Assembly (NCBI GenBank): GCA_016192915.1
Contig: JACPTF010000002.1
Location: 67,530 to 131,529 of the forward strand
DNA from: Candidatus Woesearchaeota archaeon
GTDB lineage: Archaea > Nanobdellota > Nanobdellia > Woesearchaeales > UBA10216
Reading direction: 5' to 3'
DNA length: 64,000 nucleotides
Shown here: in pieces, positions 20,089 to 29,778 of the stretch
Layout: each line of letters starts with the position of its first letter
How positions within the stretch are numbered: position 1 is the first letter of the stretch
Translations under genes and position numbers: made by a program
Notes under the pieces: generated by a model
Databases searched by the model: none
Seen by the model: only the letters and a program-made list of their open reading frames with translations
Told to the model about the DNA's origin: nothing

Positions 20089-20568
20089 ATGACGGTAAAC
20101 AGAAGAAAGAAGGACGTGAAGCAGCGCGGCAGCCACACACACGGCTGGGGCAGCAAGAAGAAGCACCGTGGCTCAGGCAACCGCGGCGGGAAGGGCATGG
20201 CCGGAACCGGAAAAAGGGGCGATGCGAAGAAGCCTTCAATCTGGCAGGAAGAGTATTTTGGGAAGCACGGCTTTGTCCACAAGAACGCAACGCAGGTTGA
20301 GGCAGTTAATGTGGAGTTTATTGACCAAAACATTGAAAAGCTTGTTAAGCTGAATGCTGCAAAACAGCAGGATGGTGTTTTTGTTGTCAACATTGCTGAT
20401 CTGGGCTTCGATAAGCTGCTCGGAAAGGGCAAAGTCACAAAAAAGCTCAGGGTAACAGCAGATTATGCCTCGGCAGGAGCTGTTGAGGCTGTGAAGTCTG
20501 CCGGTGGCGAAGTTGTTTTGCCATCGCAGGCAGCAACTAGAACAAAAGGCGTGAAGGTTTTGGATTGA
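20089..20568 (+). CDS. rpl15: Ribosomal protein L15
   Basis: 159 aa; Gly/Arg-rich N-terminus GSHTHGWGSKKKHRGSGNRGG. Confidence 0.9.
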   Translation: MTVNRRKKDVKQRGSHTHGWGSKKKHRGSGNRGGKGMAGTGKRGDAKKPSIWQEEYFGKHGFVHKNATQVEAVNVEFIDQNIEKLVKLNAAKQQDGVFVVNIADLGFDKLLGKGKVTKKLRVTADYASAGAVEAVKSAGGEVVLPSQAATRTKGVKVLD

Positions 20569-20589
20569 ACCTTTTCGCAAAAGGGACAA

Positions 20590-21969
20590 ATGGGACTTAA
20601 AGACATACTGCTCAATCTGCCTGAGGTTTCCTCGCCTGCCGAGCGCAAGCTGCCTTTCAAGGAGAAGCTCAAGTGGACTGGCATTATCCTTTTATTATTC
20701 TTTGCGCTCGGGCTCATATCCCTCCATGGCTTGGGCGCGAACTCTTTGGCACAGTTCCAGTTCCTTTCCATCATCCTCGGAGCAGAGTTCGGTTCCATAA
20801 TTTCTTTGGGCATTGGCCCTATTGTTACGGCTTCCATCCTGCTGCAGCTGCTTAACGGCTCCGGAGTTTTGAAGTTTGACCTTACAACCCCTGACGGCAA
20901 AAGGATGTTCCAGGGCGTGCAGAAGGCTCTGGTTTTTGCATTCATTATTTTTGAGTCTGCCATTTATGTTTACACTGGCGGGCTTTCTCCCGGTCCTCAA
21001 GGCAGCAACCTGTCACTTGTGCTTCAGCTCATAATAGGGGGTTTGCTTATCCTGTTCATGGATGAGGTTGTGAGCAAGTGGGGCTTTGGCTCTGGTGTCA
21101 GCCTGTTTATTGCAGCTGGTGTTTCAAAAGAGATAATGATAAGGCTGCTCAGCCCTCTTAGCTCTTCCGGAAGCCTTGCTTTTGCCTCTGGAGAGGCTCC
21201 TGTTGGCGCCCTACTTGCCATGCTTTACTTTTTTGTGCAGGGTGATTTTCGCGAGGTCCTTGCCAACCTGCTGGTCATTGGCACAACGCTCCTTGTTTTT
21301 GTCATAGCTGTTTACGCCCAGTCAATGAAGGTTGAGCTGCCCCTGTCCTTTGGAAGGATTCGCGGCCACGGCATCAGGTGGCCCCTTGCTTTCATCTACA
21401 CTAGCAATATTCCGGTTATTCTTACTGCGGCGCTCCTTGCCAATATCCAGCTCTGGGCAAGGCTGCTGCAGAACAGGGGATTTACATTTTTGGGAACAAT
21501 TAACCCTGACGGGGGCGCAACAGGGTTCATCTCACTAATACAGCCCCTTAATCTTGTCAGTACATTCTCTACAGGCGGCGTTAACTGGGCTGATGCAGTT
21601 CCCAGGATAGTTGTCTTCACCCTTTTGATGATACTTGGGGCAATCCTGTTCTCGCTTTTCTGGGTTAAGACAGCAGGTATGGACGCAAGGAGCCAGGCAA
21701 GGCAGATAATGTCCTCCGGGCTGCAGATTCCTGGCTTCAGGAGGGATGAGCGTGTTGTTGAAAGCCTGCTGGACAGGTACATTCCTGCACTGACTGTGAT
21801 GGGGGCAATAACAGTTGGCTTCCTTGCGGCTTTTGCAGATGTAATGGGTGCATTGACCTCCGGCACAGGCCTGCTCCTGACCGTCATGATTGTTTACAAG
21901 CTGTATGAGGAGATTGCGCAGCAGCACGCTGTTGACATGAACCCAATGCTGAGGAAATTCATTCAGTAA
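20590..21969 (+). CDS. secY: Preprotein translocase SecY (Sec61 alpha)
   Basis: 459 aa; 10 TM helices; position after rpl15. Confidence 0.95.
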   Translation: MGLKDILLNLPEVSSPAERKLPFKEKLKWTGIILLLFFALGLISLHGLGANSLAQFQFLSIILGAEFGSIISLGIGPIVTASILLQLLNGSGVLKFDLTTPDGKRMFQGVQKALVFAFIIFESAIYVYTGGLSPGPQGSNLSLVLQLIIGGLLILFMDEVVSKWGFGSGVSLFIAAGVSKEIMIRLLSPLSSSGSLAFASGEAPVGALLAMLYFFVQGDFREVLANLLVIGTTLLVFVIAVYAQSMKVELPLSFGRIRGHGIRWPLAFIYTSNIPVILTAALLANIQLWARLLQNRGFTFLGTINPDGGATGFISLIQPLNLVSTFSTGGVNWADAVPRIVVFTLLMILGAILFSLFWVKTAGMDARSQARQIMSSGLQIPGFRRDERVVESLLDRYIPALTVMGAITVGFLAAFADVMGALTSGTGLLLTVMIVYKLYEEIAQQHAVDMNPMLRKFIQ

Positions 21970-22014
21970 GATAAGTTTTTAAGTTACGGCAAAATTGATA
22001 AGCATTCAGCGGAA

Positions 22015-22785
22015 GTGATAAAAATGGGCATGCTTGATTTTATGGACATTGTGCTGAATTTACCTCCTGCCATTTCCATCCTTATTGTTTCGGTGTTTGT
22101 CTCTTTGGTTACAACCCTGGTTTACAAGTACACGACCAACCAGAAGGTTATGAAGGAGATTAAGGATGATGTTAAAAGGATGCAGGCTGAGGTTCGCTCG
22201 ACAAAAGAGCCTGGCAGGGCAGCCCAGCTGCAGAAGGAGATGATGGGCAGGTCTATGCAGCAGATGAACTCTTCCTGGAAGTCTATGCTCATAACAATGG
22301 TTCCGCTTTTCCTGATTTTCGGCTGGATGAGCTCAAACATGGCTTATGAGCCTATAATGCCTGGTGAAGAGTTTGCAACAATAGCTAATTTTGCTGAAGG
22401 AACAGAAGGATTTGCCTCCCTCGAAGCTGCTGGCGGGCTGCAGTTGCTCACAAACTCGACACAAGCCATTTCAGGCAGTAAAGCAGTTTGGCGCTTGAAG
22501 GCTGAAGGCGAAGGCACTTACCTGCTGAGCTTCAGCTTTGGGGATGAAGTTTACACTAAAAAAGTTTTAGTGACAATGCAGCAAAGGTATGAGAAGCCTG
22601 TCCTTGACAAGTCAAGCGGAATAAAGAAAGACAGCAAGGTTAAAAGCATCTTGACAGGCCTGAAGCCTGTAAGGCCCTTCGGAAGCCTCTCCTTGTTTGG
22701 CTGGATGCCTGGCTGGCTTGCTACCTACCTCATATATTCAATTGTCGCATCAATTCTTGCAAGAAAGTGGCTTAAGGTCCACTAA
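22015..22785 (+). CDS. DUF106/EMC3-like membrane protein (archaeal YidC/Oxa1-family insertase homolog) with about 100-aa internal insertion
   Basis: N-terminal TM + coiled coil + C-terminal TMs as in the MJ0480-like family; positioned after secY; no adk gene between them. Confidence 0.6.
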   Translation: MIKMGMLDFMDIVLNLPPAISILIVSVFVSLVTTLVYKYTTNQKVMKEIKDDVKRMQAEVRSTKEPGRAAQLQKEMMGRSMQQMNSSWKSMLITMVPLFLIFGWMSSNMAYEPIMPGEEFATIANFAEGTEGFASLEAAGGLQLLTNSTQAISGSKAVWRLKAEGEGTYLLSFSFGDEVYTKKVLVTMQQRYEKPVLDKSSGIKKDSKVKSILTGLKPVRPFGSLSLFGWMPGWLATYLIYSIVASILARKWLKVH

Positions 22786-22818
22786 CACATACGTGCTAGT
22801 GGCTGGCGGTGATGGAGA

Positions 22819-23100
22819 ATGATTGACGTTGGAAGGCTGTGCGTTAAGACCGCAGGCAAGGACGCAGGCAAGAGCTGTGTCGTGGTTGAGGTTGTTGACG
22901 ATAATTTTGTTGTTGTTGATGGCCAGCTGAAACGGAAGAGGTGCAACGTAGACCACCTTGAGCCTTCACATCACCAGCTTCCGGTGGCGGCCGGCTCTTC
23001 TCATGAGGAGGTTGTTGACGCCCTCGGGGCTGTTGGCATTGATGTTGCTGTTCCTGAGAAAAGAGCTAAGAGGCCAAAGGCTGAAAAATCTAAAGGCTAA
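22819..23100 (+). CDS. rpl14e: Ribosomal protein L14e (KOW)
   Basis: MIDVGRLCVKTAGKDAGKSCVVVEVVDDNFVVV matches L14e. Confidence 0.85.
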   Translation: MIDVGRLCVKTAGKDAGKSCVVVEVVDDNFVVVDGQLKRKRCNVDHLEPSHHQLPVAAGSSHEEVVDALGAVGIDVAVPEKRAKRPKAEKSKG

Positions 23101-24724
23101 GAAGCAGGTTCAGATTAATCTCAAGCGCCGCAGCCGGAGTTTCTATCCCCCATTTGCTGAGCACAGACGGGCTGATTTCTCCTATGATACCAACGCTTCT
23201 CTTGTTGACAACAATGCTACCAGCCCTTCCTTTTATGAAGGCTGGGTGCTCTGCCGGCAGGATCTCGAATTTTGCAGCTGCAGCAGCTAGCAGTGCCGTC
23301 ACGTATTGCTTCATTTCTGTAAAGTCTGCTTTGGAGTGCGCTGTTATGAACGCAACAGAGTGCCATTCGCTAATCCTGCTGCCTTCCCTTGCAGCCACAA
23401 TGCCTTCCTCAAATATCTTCTGGGGGTAATCCACGTGCTTGTTTTTCGCGAGAACATCAAGCAGCTGCGGCAGCACAGAGTTTCTTACAGCAGAATAAGT
23501 CTCTGACATAAAGTTTTCAAGTTCAACAGCTCCTACTCCCGTTATTAACGAATTTTTGTCTGTGAGTATGTGGCTGAAGATTTCCTGGAAGCCCATTCCA
23601 ATGATGGTTTTTCTCAGCAGGTTTATGGCCGGTGCAGAATCTACAGGCATGCCTATTGTGTAGCTACTGAGCGGCTCATCAGCTATTTTGTCGTAGCCGT
23701 AAGCTATTGCCACGTCCTCAATGACGTCAACAGGGTGCATTATGTCCGCCCTGTAGTGGGGCACAGAAGCGTAACTGCCCACAAAGTCATAGCCCGCTCT
23801 TTCCAGCAGCTGCTTGAGCTGGGGGTTGTTAAGCTTTAAGCCGGTGCCTTGTTCAACCATCTCTGGCGTTATTTTCACCTTTTCCGGTTTCAAGAGGGGG
23901 GTTATTACGTTTCTTCCTTTATATGCGATAGTTGCTGAGAATATTTCAAACCCCCTGTCGGCAAGATTCTGTGCAAATATGCTGGCTGCAAGGTTTACCG
24001 ATTCCTCATCAGTGCCTGTTGCTTCGAAAAGAAGCTCGTTGTCACCAATCTCAAGCCTTCCTGTAGAGCTTGAGTTTATTATCGGCGGGAAGCTGAGTGC
24101 TTCACCCTTGTCATCCAAAAGCAGGGGGTATGCGGAAAATCCCTTAAGTATCCAGCTGTACTGCTGCCCTTTAGGATGCTGCTGCAGTATCTGGTTGAGG
24201 TTCATTTCCTTGTTGAAATCAAGGGGGACAAACCTTGCGGATGCCGGATCAACAGCCTTGTAATGCACTGGGAAGGTTATTTTTTTGTAGGCATACATGC
24301 CTATTGAAACCTTCTGCCTTCTGCGGCCGTAGCTTTCGCAGAACTTTTCCTGCATCTGCACAAGCTGCTTCAGGGTATAGTCATCAATCCTCTTCCCTTT
24401 GGCAACAAAAGCTGTGATGTATGGCCTTACATTCCTAACAGAATCTTCAACAAGTATTTTGTATCTGCTGTTGCTCACTTTTAATTTTGGCATTCCTTTT
24501 TGCTGCCCAAGGATGCCTTTGAATAACCTGGCCAGGCCTTCAGGGCACCAAAGGTACGGGAGGTTTGTGTCGTCCAGCTTTACTGCTATCTCGTCTGTTC
24601 TTTTGTCGTAGCTTTCAACTTCTGCCTTTGCATAAAGAAGCAGAATGTTTTCAAACTCCTCAACAGGCATTCTCTTCCCAAGCAGTTGCTGAAAATCCTT
24701 GAACAAAAAGCTTATCGTCGGCAT
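23090..24724 (-). CDS. pheT: Phenylalanine--tRNA ligase beta subunit (archaeal type)
   Basis: 544 aa; archaeal PheT B3/4 and B5 domains; adjacent to pheS. Confidence 0.9.
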   Translation of the reverse strand: MPTISFLFKDFQQLLGKRMPVEEFENILLLYAKAEVESYDKRTDEIAVKLDDTNLPYLWCPEGLARLFKGILGQQKGMPKLKVSNSRYKILVEDSVRNVRPYITAFVAKGKRIDDYTLKQLVQMQEKFCESYGRRRQKVSIGMYAYKKITFPVHYKAVDPASARFVPLDFNKEMNLNQILQQHPKGQQYSWILKGFSAYPLLLDDKGEALSFPPIINSSSTGRLEIGDNELLFEATGTDEESVNLAASIFAQNLADRGFEIFSATIAYKGRNVITPLLKPEKVKITPEMVEQGTGLKLNNPQLKQLLERAGYDFVGSYASVPHYRADIMHPVDVIEDVAIAYGYDKIADEPLSSYTIGMPVDSAPAINLLRKTIIGMGFQEIFSHILTDKNSLITGVGAVELENFMSETYSAVRNSVLPQLLDVLAKNKHVDYPQKIFEEGIVAAREGSRISEWHSVAFITAHSKADFTEMKQYVTALLAAAAAKFEILPAEHPAFIKGRAGSIVVNKRSVGIIGEISPSVLSKWGIETPAAALEINLNLLLSL

Positions 24725-24728
24725 TTTT

Positions 24729-26288
24729 CTAAACCACCTTTGAGCTTCTCAAAAAGTTGAGGTCATGGCTGAAAAGCTCCCTTATGTCATTCAGGCCAAG
24801 CTTGAACATGGCTATCCTGTCGATGCCTATGCCCCATGCTATTACGGGGACTTGCTTTCCGATGAGCGGCTTTACCATTTCCGGCCTGAATATTCCGGCT
24901 CCTGCCAGTTCCATCCATCCAAGCTCGGGATGTTTGGCATAAAGCGCTGCTGATGGCTCTGTGAATGGGAAATATGATGGCACTACTTTTACCTTGTCTG
25001 TATTGCAGAACTCCCTTGCAAAGAGTTTCAGCAGTCCAATCATGTGCCTCAGGTTCACTCCTTCTTCCAGAACTATGCCTTCAACCTGGTTGAAGTCTGC
25101 AAGGTGCTTCACGTCTATCACATCGTAGCGGAAGCACCTGCCTATTGCGAAATACTTTCCCGGTATTTTCAGGTCTTCGGATGCCAGCTTTCTTGAGCTG
25201 CACGCTGTGGTCTGGGAACGCATAAGCAGCCTTGATGTTTTTTCCTCGCTGAACTCATACCTCCATCCCTTGCTTCCGGTACCAAAGCCGTTTTCATGCG
25301 CTGTCTTGACTTTTTTAACAAGTTGCCGCGGCAAGTCTGTTGCGTATTTCGGCTCTTTAATGTAGTAAGCGTCGTGAATGTCCCTTGCAGAGTGGAACTG
25401 CGGCATGAACAGGGCGTCCATGTTCCAGAACTCGCTCTCTACAATCGGCCCGGTCATCTCCTCAAAGCCCATTGAAACAAACTTCTCCCTTATCTCTTCA
25501 AGGAATTCCCTGTAGGGCTGTGGCTTTCCGAAGAATACTCTTGGCGCAGCCGCTGTTAAGTTGTAGCTTCTGAATTCTGCGCTCTTCCATTTTCCTGTGA
25601 CAAGCATCTCTGGCGTAAGCCTGTCAACAGTTTCTGTCGCCGTTGATGCCTTTTTCAGTACTTCTTTGCCAAGTTCTGTTATGGCAGCAGTCCTTTTCTT
25701 TACGACTTCTTCCTCTATCACGTCTTTTCTCTTTTTCAGTTCGGCAACAATGTTCTTTTCCTCATCTGACAGGTCATTGATGCCAACCGGGAAGTTTCTT
25801 CCGGAAAGGAATCGTTGTGCCCTGAGCCCTGCTTTTGCAATCTGCCTTCCGCTTTCAGTTATTTTAAATGTCTTTTCAGCCGCAGCCGCAACAGGTTCTA
25901 TGGCTTTGACCCTCATCAGTGCGCCAATGCTTGCGCCTATCTCCTCATCGCTGAGGTTTGCCGCTTTTTTTATCACAGCCAGTGTTTGTGGTTTGTTTGC
26001 AATAGAATTCAGGAATCTCGCTTCCGGCAACAGTAATTTCACGTAGTTCTTGCCGTTTTCGCCAAGCCGAATAATCTCCTCAATCTTCTCAGTTAACTTG
26101 GCAAGCCCCTTGTTCTGGAGCCACTGCAATGCGCGTAGAACTTCTACCTCCTGCATCCTTGCTGCCGCCACTATGTCTTTCACAGAGCTGAGCTTGCTGA
26201 GATGGGGCAGCACTGCCCTTTCAAGCCTGTGCAGCGATGCTGCCATTTCCGCTGTTTTTCCTGCTATCATGGTTGAATCATTCAACAC
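24729..26288 (-). CDS. pheS: Phenylalanine--tRNA ligase alpha subunit
   Basis: 519 aa; class II motifs (FRYD...DFNQVEG); N-terminal winged-helix repeats. Confidence 0.9.
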   Translation of the reverse strand: MLNDSTMIAGKTAEMAASLHRLERAVLPHLSKLSSVKDIVAAARMQEVEVLRALQWLQNKGLAKLTEKIEEIIRLGENGKNYVKLLLPEARFLNSIANKPQTLAVIKKAANLSDEEIGASIGALMRVKAIEPVAAAAEKTFKITESGRQIAKAGLRAQRFLSGRNFPVGINDLSDEEKNIVAELKKRKDVIEEEVVKKRTAAITELGKEVLKKASTATETVDRLTPEMLVTGKWKSAEFRSYNLTAAAPRVFFGKPQPYREFLEEIREKFVSMGFEEMTGPIVESEFWNMDALFMPQFHSARDIHDAYYIKEPKYATDLPRQLVKKVKTAHENGFGTGSKGWRYEFSEEKTSRLLMRSQTTACSSRKLASEDLKIPGKYFAIGRCFRYDVIDVKHLADFNQVEGIVLEEGVNLRHMIGLLKLFAREFCNTDKVKVVPSYFPFTEPSAALYAKHPELGWMELAGAGIFRPEMVKPLIGKQVPVIAWGIGIDRIAMFKLGLNDIRELFSHDLNFLRSSKVV

Positions 26289-26368
26289 CGGTGTGCTTAT
26301 TTAAAGGTTTTGGGGCACGCTCTGCAAAAGATTAATAAGGCTGCAGAAATAGAAGATTTTGAAAGAAA

Positions 26369-26920
26369 ATGAGTGGCGTGGGCAGCATTATTAAAAAACT
26401 GAAGGAAGGCGACATTATCCTGGTAAGCGAGAAAGGGCTGAAGCACAGCCTGAACAGGGCATTAGGCAGGAGCAGGTGGCACCATATCATGCTATACATA
26501 GGGCAGGGCAGGGTGCTTGAGGCAACCCCGAGAAAAGGCTGCCATATTTCAAAGCTTGACCTGGCAAAAGAGTGTTATCTGGGGTTCAAAGCGCTGCGAC
26601 CTGCCAAGATTAATGATTTATCACGAAGAAAGGTAGCGGCAACAGCTGTCAAGATATTCCTTGGCAGAAAGTTTGACTGGCGGCAACTGATAAAGGTCTT
26701 TTTCAGAAGGCAACTAGTGTTTGCAGGCAATAACGGCAGGGCGTGCAGGCCTGGCTACAAATGCAATTTCGGCAGCGTTATATGCTCAAACCTTGTAGCT
26801 ATGTCATACCACCTGGAAGGCTGCAGCATAAGTGACAAGTGGGCTCCAGAATATGTAATGCCAAGGGATTACGACAAGGTAAAGGAATTTGACATAGTAC
26901 TTGAAAGAAAGCTTGAGTGA
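26369..26920 (+). CDS. Putative permuted papain-fold hydrolase (YiiX/NlpC-P60-like), tandem paralog 1
   Basis: GDIILV...WHHIMLYIG (His block) followed by C.PG.KC....CSNLVAM (Cys block): His-before-Cys order as in the YiiX-type permuted NlpC/P60 fold. Confidence 0.5.
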   Translation: MSGVGSIIKKLKEGDIILVSEKGLKHSLNRALGRSRWHHIMLYIGQGRVLEATPRKGCHISKLDLAKECYLGFKALRPAKINDLSRRKVAATAVKIFLGRKFDWRQLIKVFFRRQLVFAGNNGRACRPGYKCNFGSVICSNLVAMSYHLEGCSISDKWAPEYVMPRDYDKVKEFDIVLERKLE

Positions 26921-27530
26921 TGTTGAGGGAAAAATGCAACTCGGATCAGAGATGAAAAGGCTCAGGGATGCGCATAACCTAATTAAAAGGCTTCGTGAAG
27001 CTGACATCATCCTGGTAAGCGAGAAAGGGCTGCTTCATGACATCAACAGGATGTTGCAAAGGAGCAAGTGGCACCACGTAATGCTATACATAGGGAATGG
27101 CCGCACAATTGAAGCCACCCCGAAAAAAGGCGCTCATATATGCGACCTTATGTATGACCTTACAGAAAAGGAATACTTTGCTTACAAAGTCTTAAGAAAT
27201 AAAAAACTCACCAAAGCTCAAAAGAAGAAAGTGGTAAGCGTGGCACTGAAGTTCTTTTTGGGCAAAAAGTTCTCATGGGTTCAGTATGCGAAAATAGTTT
27301 TAGGCAGGTCGCTGCGCTGGAGAAAGGAAGGCAACAAAAGCCTTGTGTGCAAGCCTGGGCACAAGTGCGTCATTGAAAGCGTTGCGTGCTCAAACATGGT
27401 GGCAATGGCTTATTATGAAGCTGGCTTTCCAATAAGCGAGCGCTACATGCCCGAATACGTTGTGCCTAAGGACTATGAAGAATCGAAAGCGCTTTCTAAA
27501 CTAACAGAAGGCAAGATATTGTCGCGTTAG
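26901..27530 (+). CDS. Putative permuted papain-fold hydrolase (YiiX/NlpC-P60-like), tandem paralog 2
   Basis: About 50% identical to the upstream ORF over the core (ADIILVSEKGL, WHHVMLYIGNG, CSNMVAMAYY, PEYVVPKDY). Confidence 0.5.
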   Translation: MKESLSDVEGKMQLGSEMKRLRDAHNLIKRLREADIILVSEKGLLHDINRMLQRSKWHHVMLYIGNGRTIEATPKKGAHICDLMYDLTEKEYFAYKVLRNKKLTKAQKKKVVSVALKFFLGKKFSWVQYAKIVLGRSLRWRKEGNKSLVCKPGHKCVIESVACSNMVAMAYYEAGFPISERYMPEYVVPKDYEESKALSKLTEGKILSR

Positions 27531-28393
27531 AATTTCATGCTTCTTAACCTTTGTAGGCGGGCTTCGAGCGGAGGGTGCGTTGAAAACAACGATATTAAGC
27601 CGTGCCCCTTCAACGGATTCACAATAAACAAACTGGCTGTTGCCTCGTTGCCCATGCCCATTTTGTGGTGAAGGGCTGCCTTGTCAAGCTTAGCAAGGGC
27701 AGAAGCCAAGGGCTCAGAATCCCTTATTATGGCAGCACCGCTGTGGTCAGCGAGGTACTCCCTGGAGCGGGAAATCGCGAGCTGCAAAATCATGGCTATA
27801 ATTGGGGTAATTATCGCGAGGGCAAGAAGGGTAATAGCGTTGCCACCTCCCCTATCATCCCGCCTGCCGCCACCGAATATTGCAGCGAACTGTGCCATGT
27901 GAGCAAGGTAAGAGATAACACCAGCTATTGTGGCTGCAATTGTTGTGACAAGGATATCCCTGTTCTTTACATGGCTGATTTCATGGGCAATAACGCCTTT
28001 AAGCTCCTTATCTGTGAGAAGTTTCATAATGCCTTCTGTGCAGGCAACAGCCGCATTTTTGGGATTCCTGCCTGTGGCAAATGCATTAGCTGCTTCTGTT
28101 GGAATAATGTAGACTTTCGGCTTTGGAATATTAGCTGCTGCTACAACTTCTTCAACGATTTTGTGAAGATGGGCATGCGTTTTTTTGTCAGCTGGCTTGG
28201 CCCTGTACATTGCCAGCACAATCTTGTCAGAAAACCAGTAAGCGCCAAAGTTCATCAGGACAGAGAATATTAAGGCTGCGAAAAGCCCTGCCTGACCGCC
28301 AAGAAGCCTGCCAACTGCCAAAAGAAGGCCTGTCAAGAGGCCAAGCAGCACTACAGTCTTAATCTGGTTGCCAAAACTCACGTTTTTGGGCAA
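27527..28393 (-). CDS. htpX: M48 zinc metalloprotease HtpX
   Basis: HEISHVKNRD HExxH motif; N-terminal TM helices. Confidence 0.85.
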   Translation of the reverse strand: MPKNVSFGNQIKTVVLLGLLTGLLLAVGRLLGGQAGLFAALIFSVLMNFGAYWFSDKIVLAMYRAKPADKKTHAHLHKIVEEVVAAANIPKPKVYIIPTEAANAFATGRNPKNAAVACTEGIMKLLTDKELKGVIAHEISHVKNRDILVTTIAATIAGVISYLAHMAQFAAIFGGGRRDDRGGGNAITLLALAIITPIIAMILQLAISRSREYLADHSGAAIIRDSEPLASALAKLDKAALHHKMGMGNEATASLFIVNPLKGHGLISLFSTHPPLEARLQRLRSMKF

Positions 28394-28548
28394 AGAGCCT
28401 TGAGTTTAAAAAGATTGTTGAAATACACTCGGCAAGATTATACGAATTATAACTGCCATACTATAACAGTTGTTTTATAAAATATATTTTTAAGAAACAG
28501 TAAAGTATTTATACAAATCTTGCCAGGTAATAAAATAAGGTTGGGGGG

Positions 28549-29127
28549 ATGAATAAATTGGTTAAATCCAAGGTATACAGAAAAGTATACAAAATAAGCA
28601 GCGGCAAAACTAAAGCCAGGCCAATCAAGAAGCTTGAGGCCAAAATAGTTGATGCTATCATATCATCTGCCGGGGAGGGCGCTGCCAAGCTTGCCGGGCT
28701 AATGACAGAGCAGAGAAACGTTTCTGAGTTCGAGATAGCCAGAAGCACGCGGCTTGACATACAAACTGTAAGGAACACACTTTACAAGCTCCACAGCAGC
28801 AACCTTGCCGATTACAAAAGGGTAAAGGATAATACTGAAGGGATATACATAAGCTACTGGACATTCAACAAGGCAACCGCAAAAGAGCTTTTCGTGAAAC
28901 TGCAAAAAGAAAAGCTGCAAAGGTTCAGGGAAAGGCTGGAAGCAGAGACAAGCAATGTAAACTGCTACTTCATATGCCCATCTGCCTGTACAAGGGCTGA
29001 TTTCACCATGGCCGAGCAACAGAGATTCAGGTGCGAGGAGTGCGGAAAGCTCATGATGCAGGATGACAACACGAGAACCATTGACTTCTTAAGGGAAAAA
29101 GTCAGGGAGATGGAGGCTGTTGCATGA
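28549..29127 (+). CDS. tfe: Transcription factor E (TFIIE-alpha homolog)
   Basis: Winged helix N-domain; C-terminal zinc ribbon CPSAC...CEECG; AT-rich promoter with TATA-like gtatttataca upstream. Confidence 0.8.
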   Translation: MNKLVKSKVYRKVYKISSGKTKARPIKKLEAKIVDAIISSAGEGAAKLAGLMTEQRNVSEFEIARSTRLDIQTVRNTLYKLHSSNLADYKRVKDNTEGIYISYWTFNKATAKELFVKLQKEKLQRFRERLEAETSNVNCYFICPSACTRADFTMAEQQRFRCEECGKLMMQDDNTRTIDFLREKVREMEAVA

Positions 29128-29231
29128 CCCCTTTTTCTTTTGCGAAAAGAAAAAGCCGTCAATGGGAAAAAGAAAACAACGAAAAACGATAAGCATTTAA
29201 GCAACCTGCTGTGCCGCGTTTGCAAGGAAAA

Positions 29232-29348
29232 ATGCTTAAGTGCGACAAGTGCGGGTTTCTTCTTACGATGATGCGCGTTCATAAGAACAGGGCTTTCTGC
29301 GATAACTGCAAGGCTTGGCTCGCATGGGCAATTATTATTGCCGAATGA
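29232..29348 (+). CDS. Candidate small zinc-ribbon protein (38 aa)
   Basis: MLKCDKCGFLLTMMRVHKNRAFCDNCKAWLAWAIIIAE; two CxxC pairs; too short for the ORF track; overlaps the 3' end of the minus-strand Toprim gene. Confidence 0.3.
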   Translation: MLKCDKCGFLLTMMRVHKNRAFCDNCKAWLAWAIIIAE

Positions 29349-29700
29349 TATTTGCAATACCTTCTATCTGCCTAAGCTTCGTGTTTTTGAAAAGAAAATT
29401 TCTGAAGCGGTTGTCAACTTTCACACCCAGCTGCTGCAGCAGCGTGTTAAGCCTGCCGTAAAGCTTCCTGCCCTCTGCATCAAGGTCTGTAAGAATTGCA
29501 ACCCGGTCATAATCTTTTGCAACAGCTTCAGCAACAACAAAAAGAGGCTTCTTATTAAGCACGAGGATTAGGCCGCTGTCAACTCCGAGCTTTTCAAGCG
29601 CGGCCTTGTCCTTTTTGCCTTCGACAATCAGGGCTGCCCCTGATTCCAGTGTTTTCAGCAGCAGCTGCCTAAACTCCGAAGCTATTCCTGGCGCAATCAT
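29335..29700 (-). CDS. Small Toprim-domain protein
   Basis: EGKKD...ILTDLDAEG acidic Toprim motifs; 121 aa. Confidence 0.6.
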   Translation of the reverse strand: MIAPGIASEFRQLLLKTLESGAALIVEGKKDKAALEKLGVDSGLILVLNKKPLFVVAEAVAKDYDRVAILTDLDAEGRKLYGRLNTLLQQLGVKVDNRFRNFLFKNTKLRQIEGIANIIRQ

Positions 29701-29778
29701 CGCACCTGCCGTAGATGCCGGAAGTTAAATACGTTTGCTAAGAAGTTATTTAAACGAAAAAGAGCCACCCACTAGATA

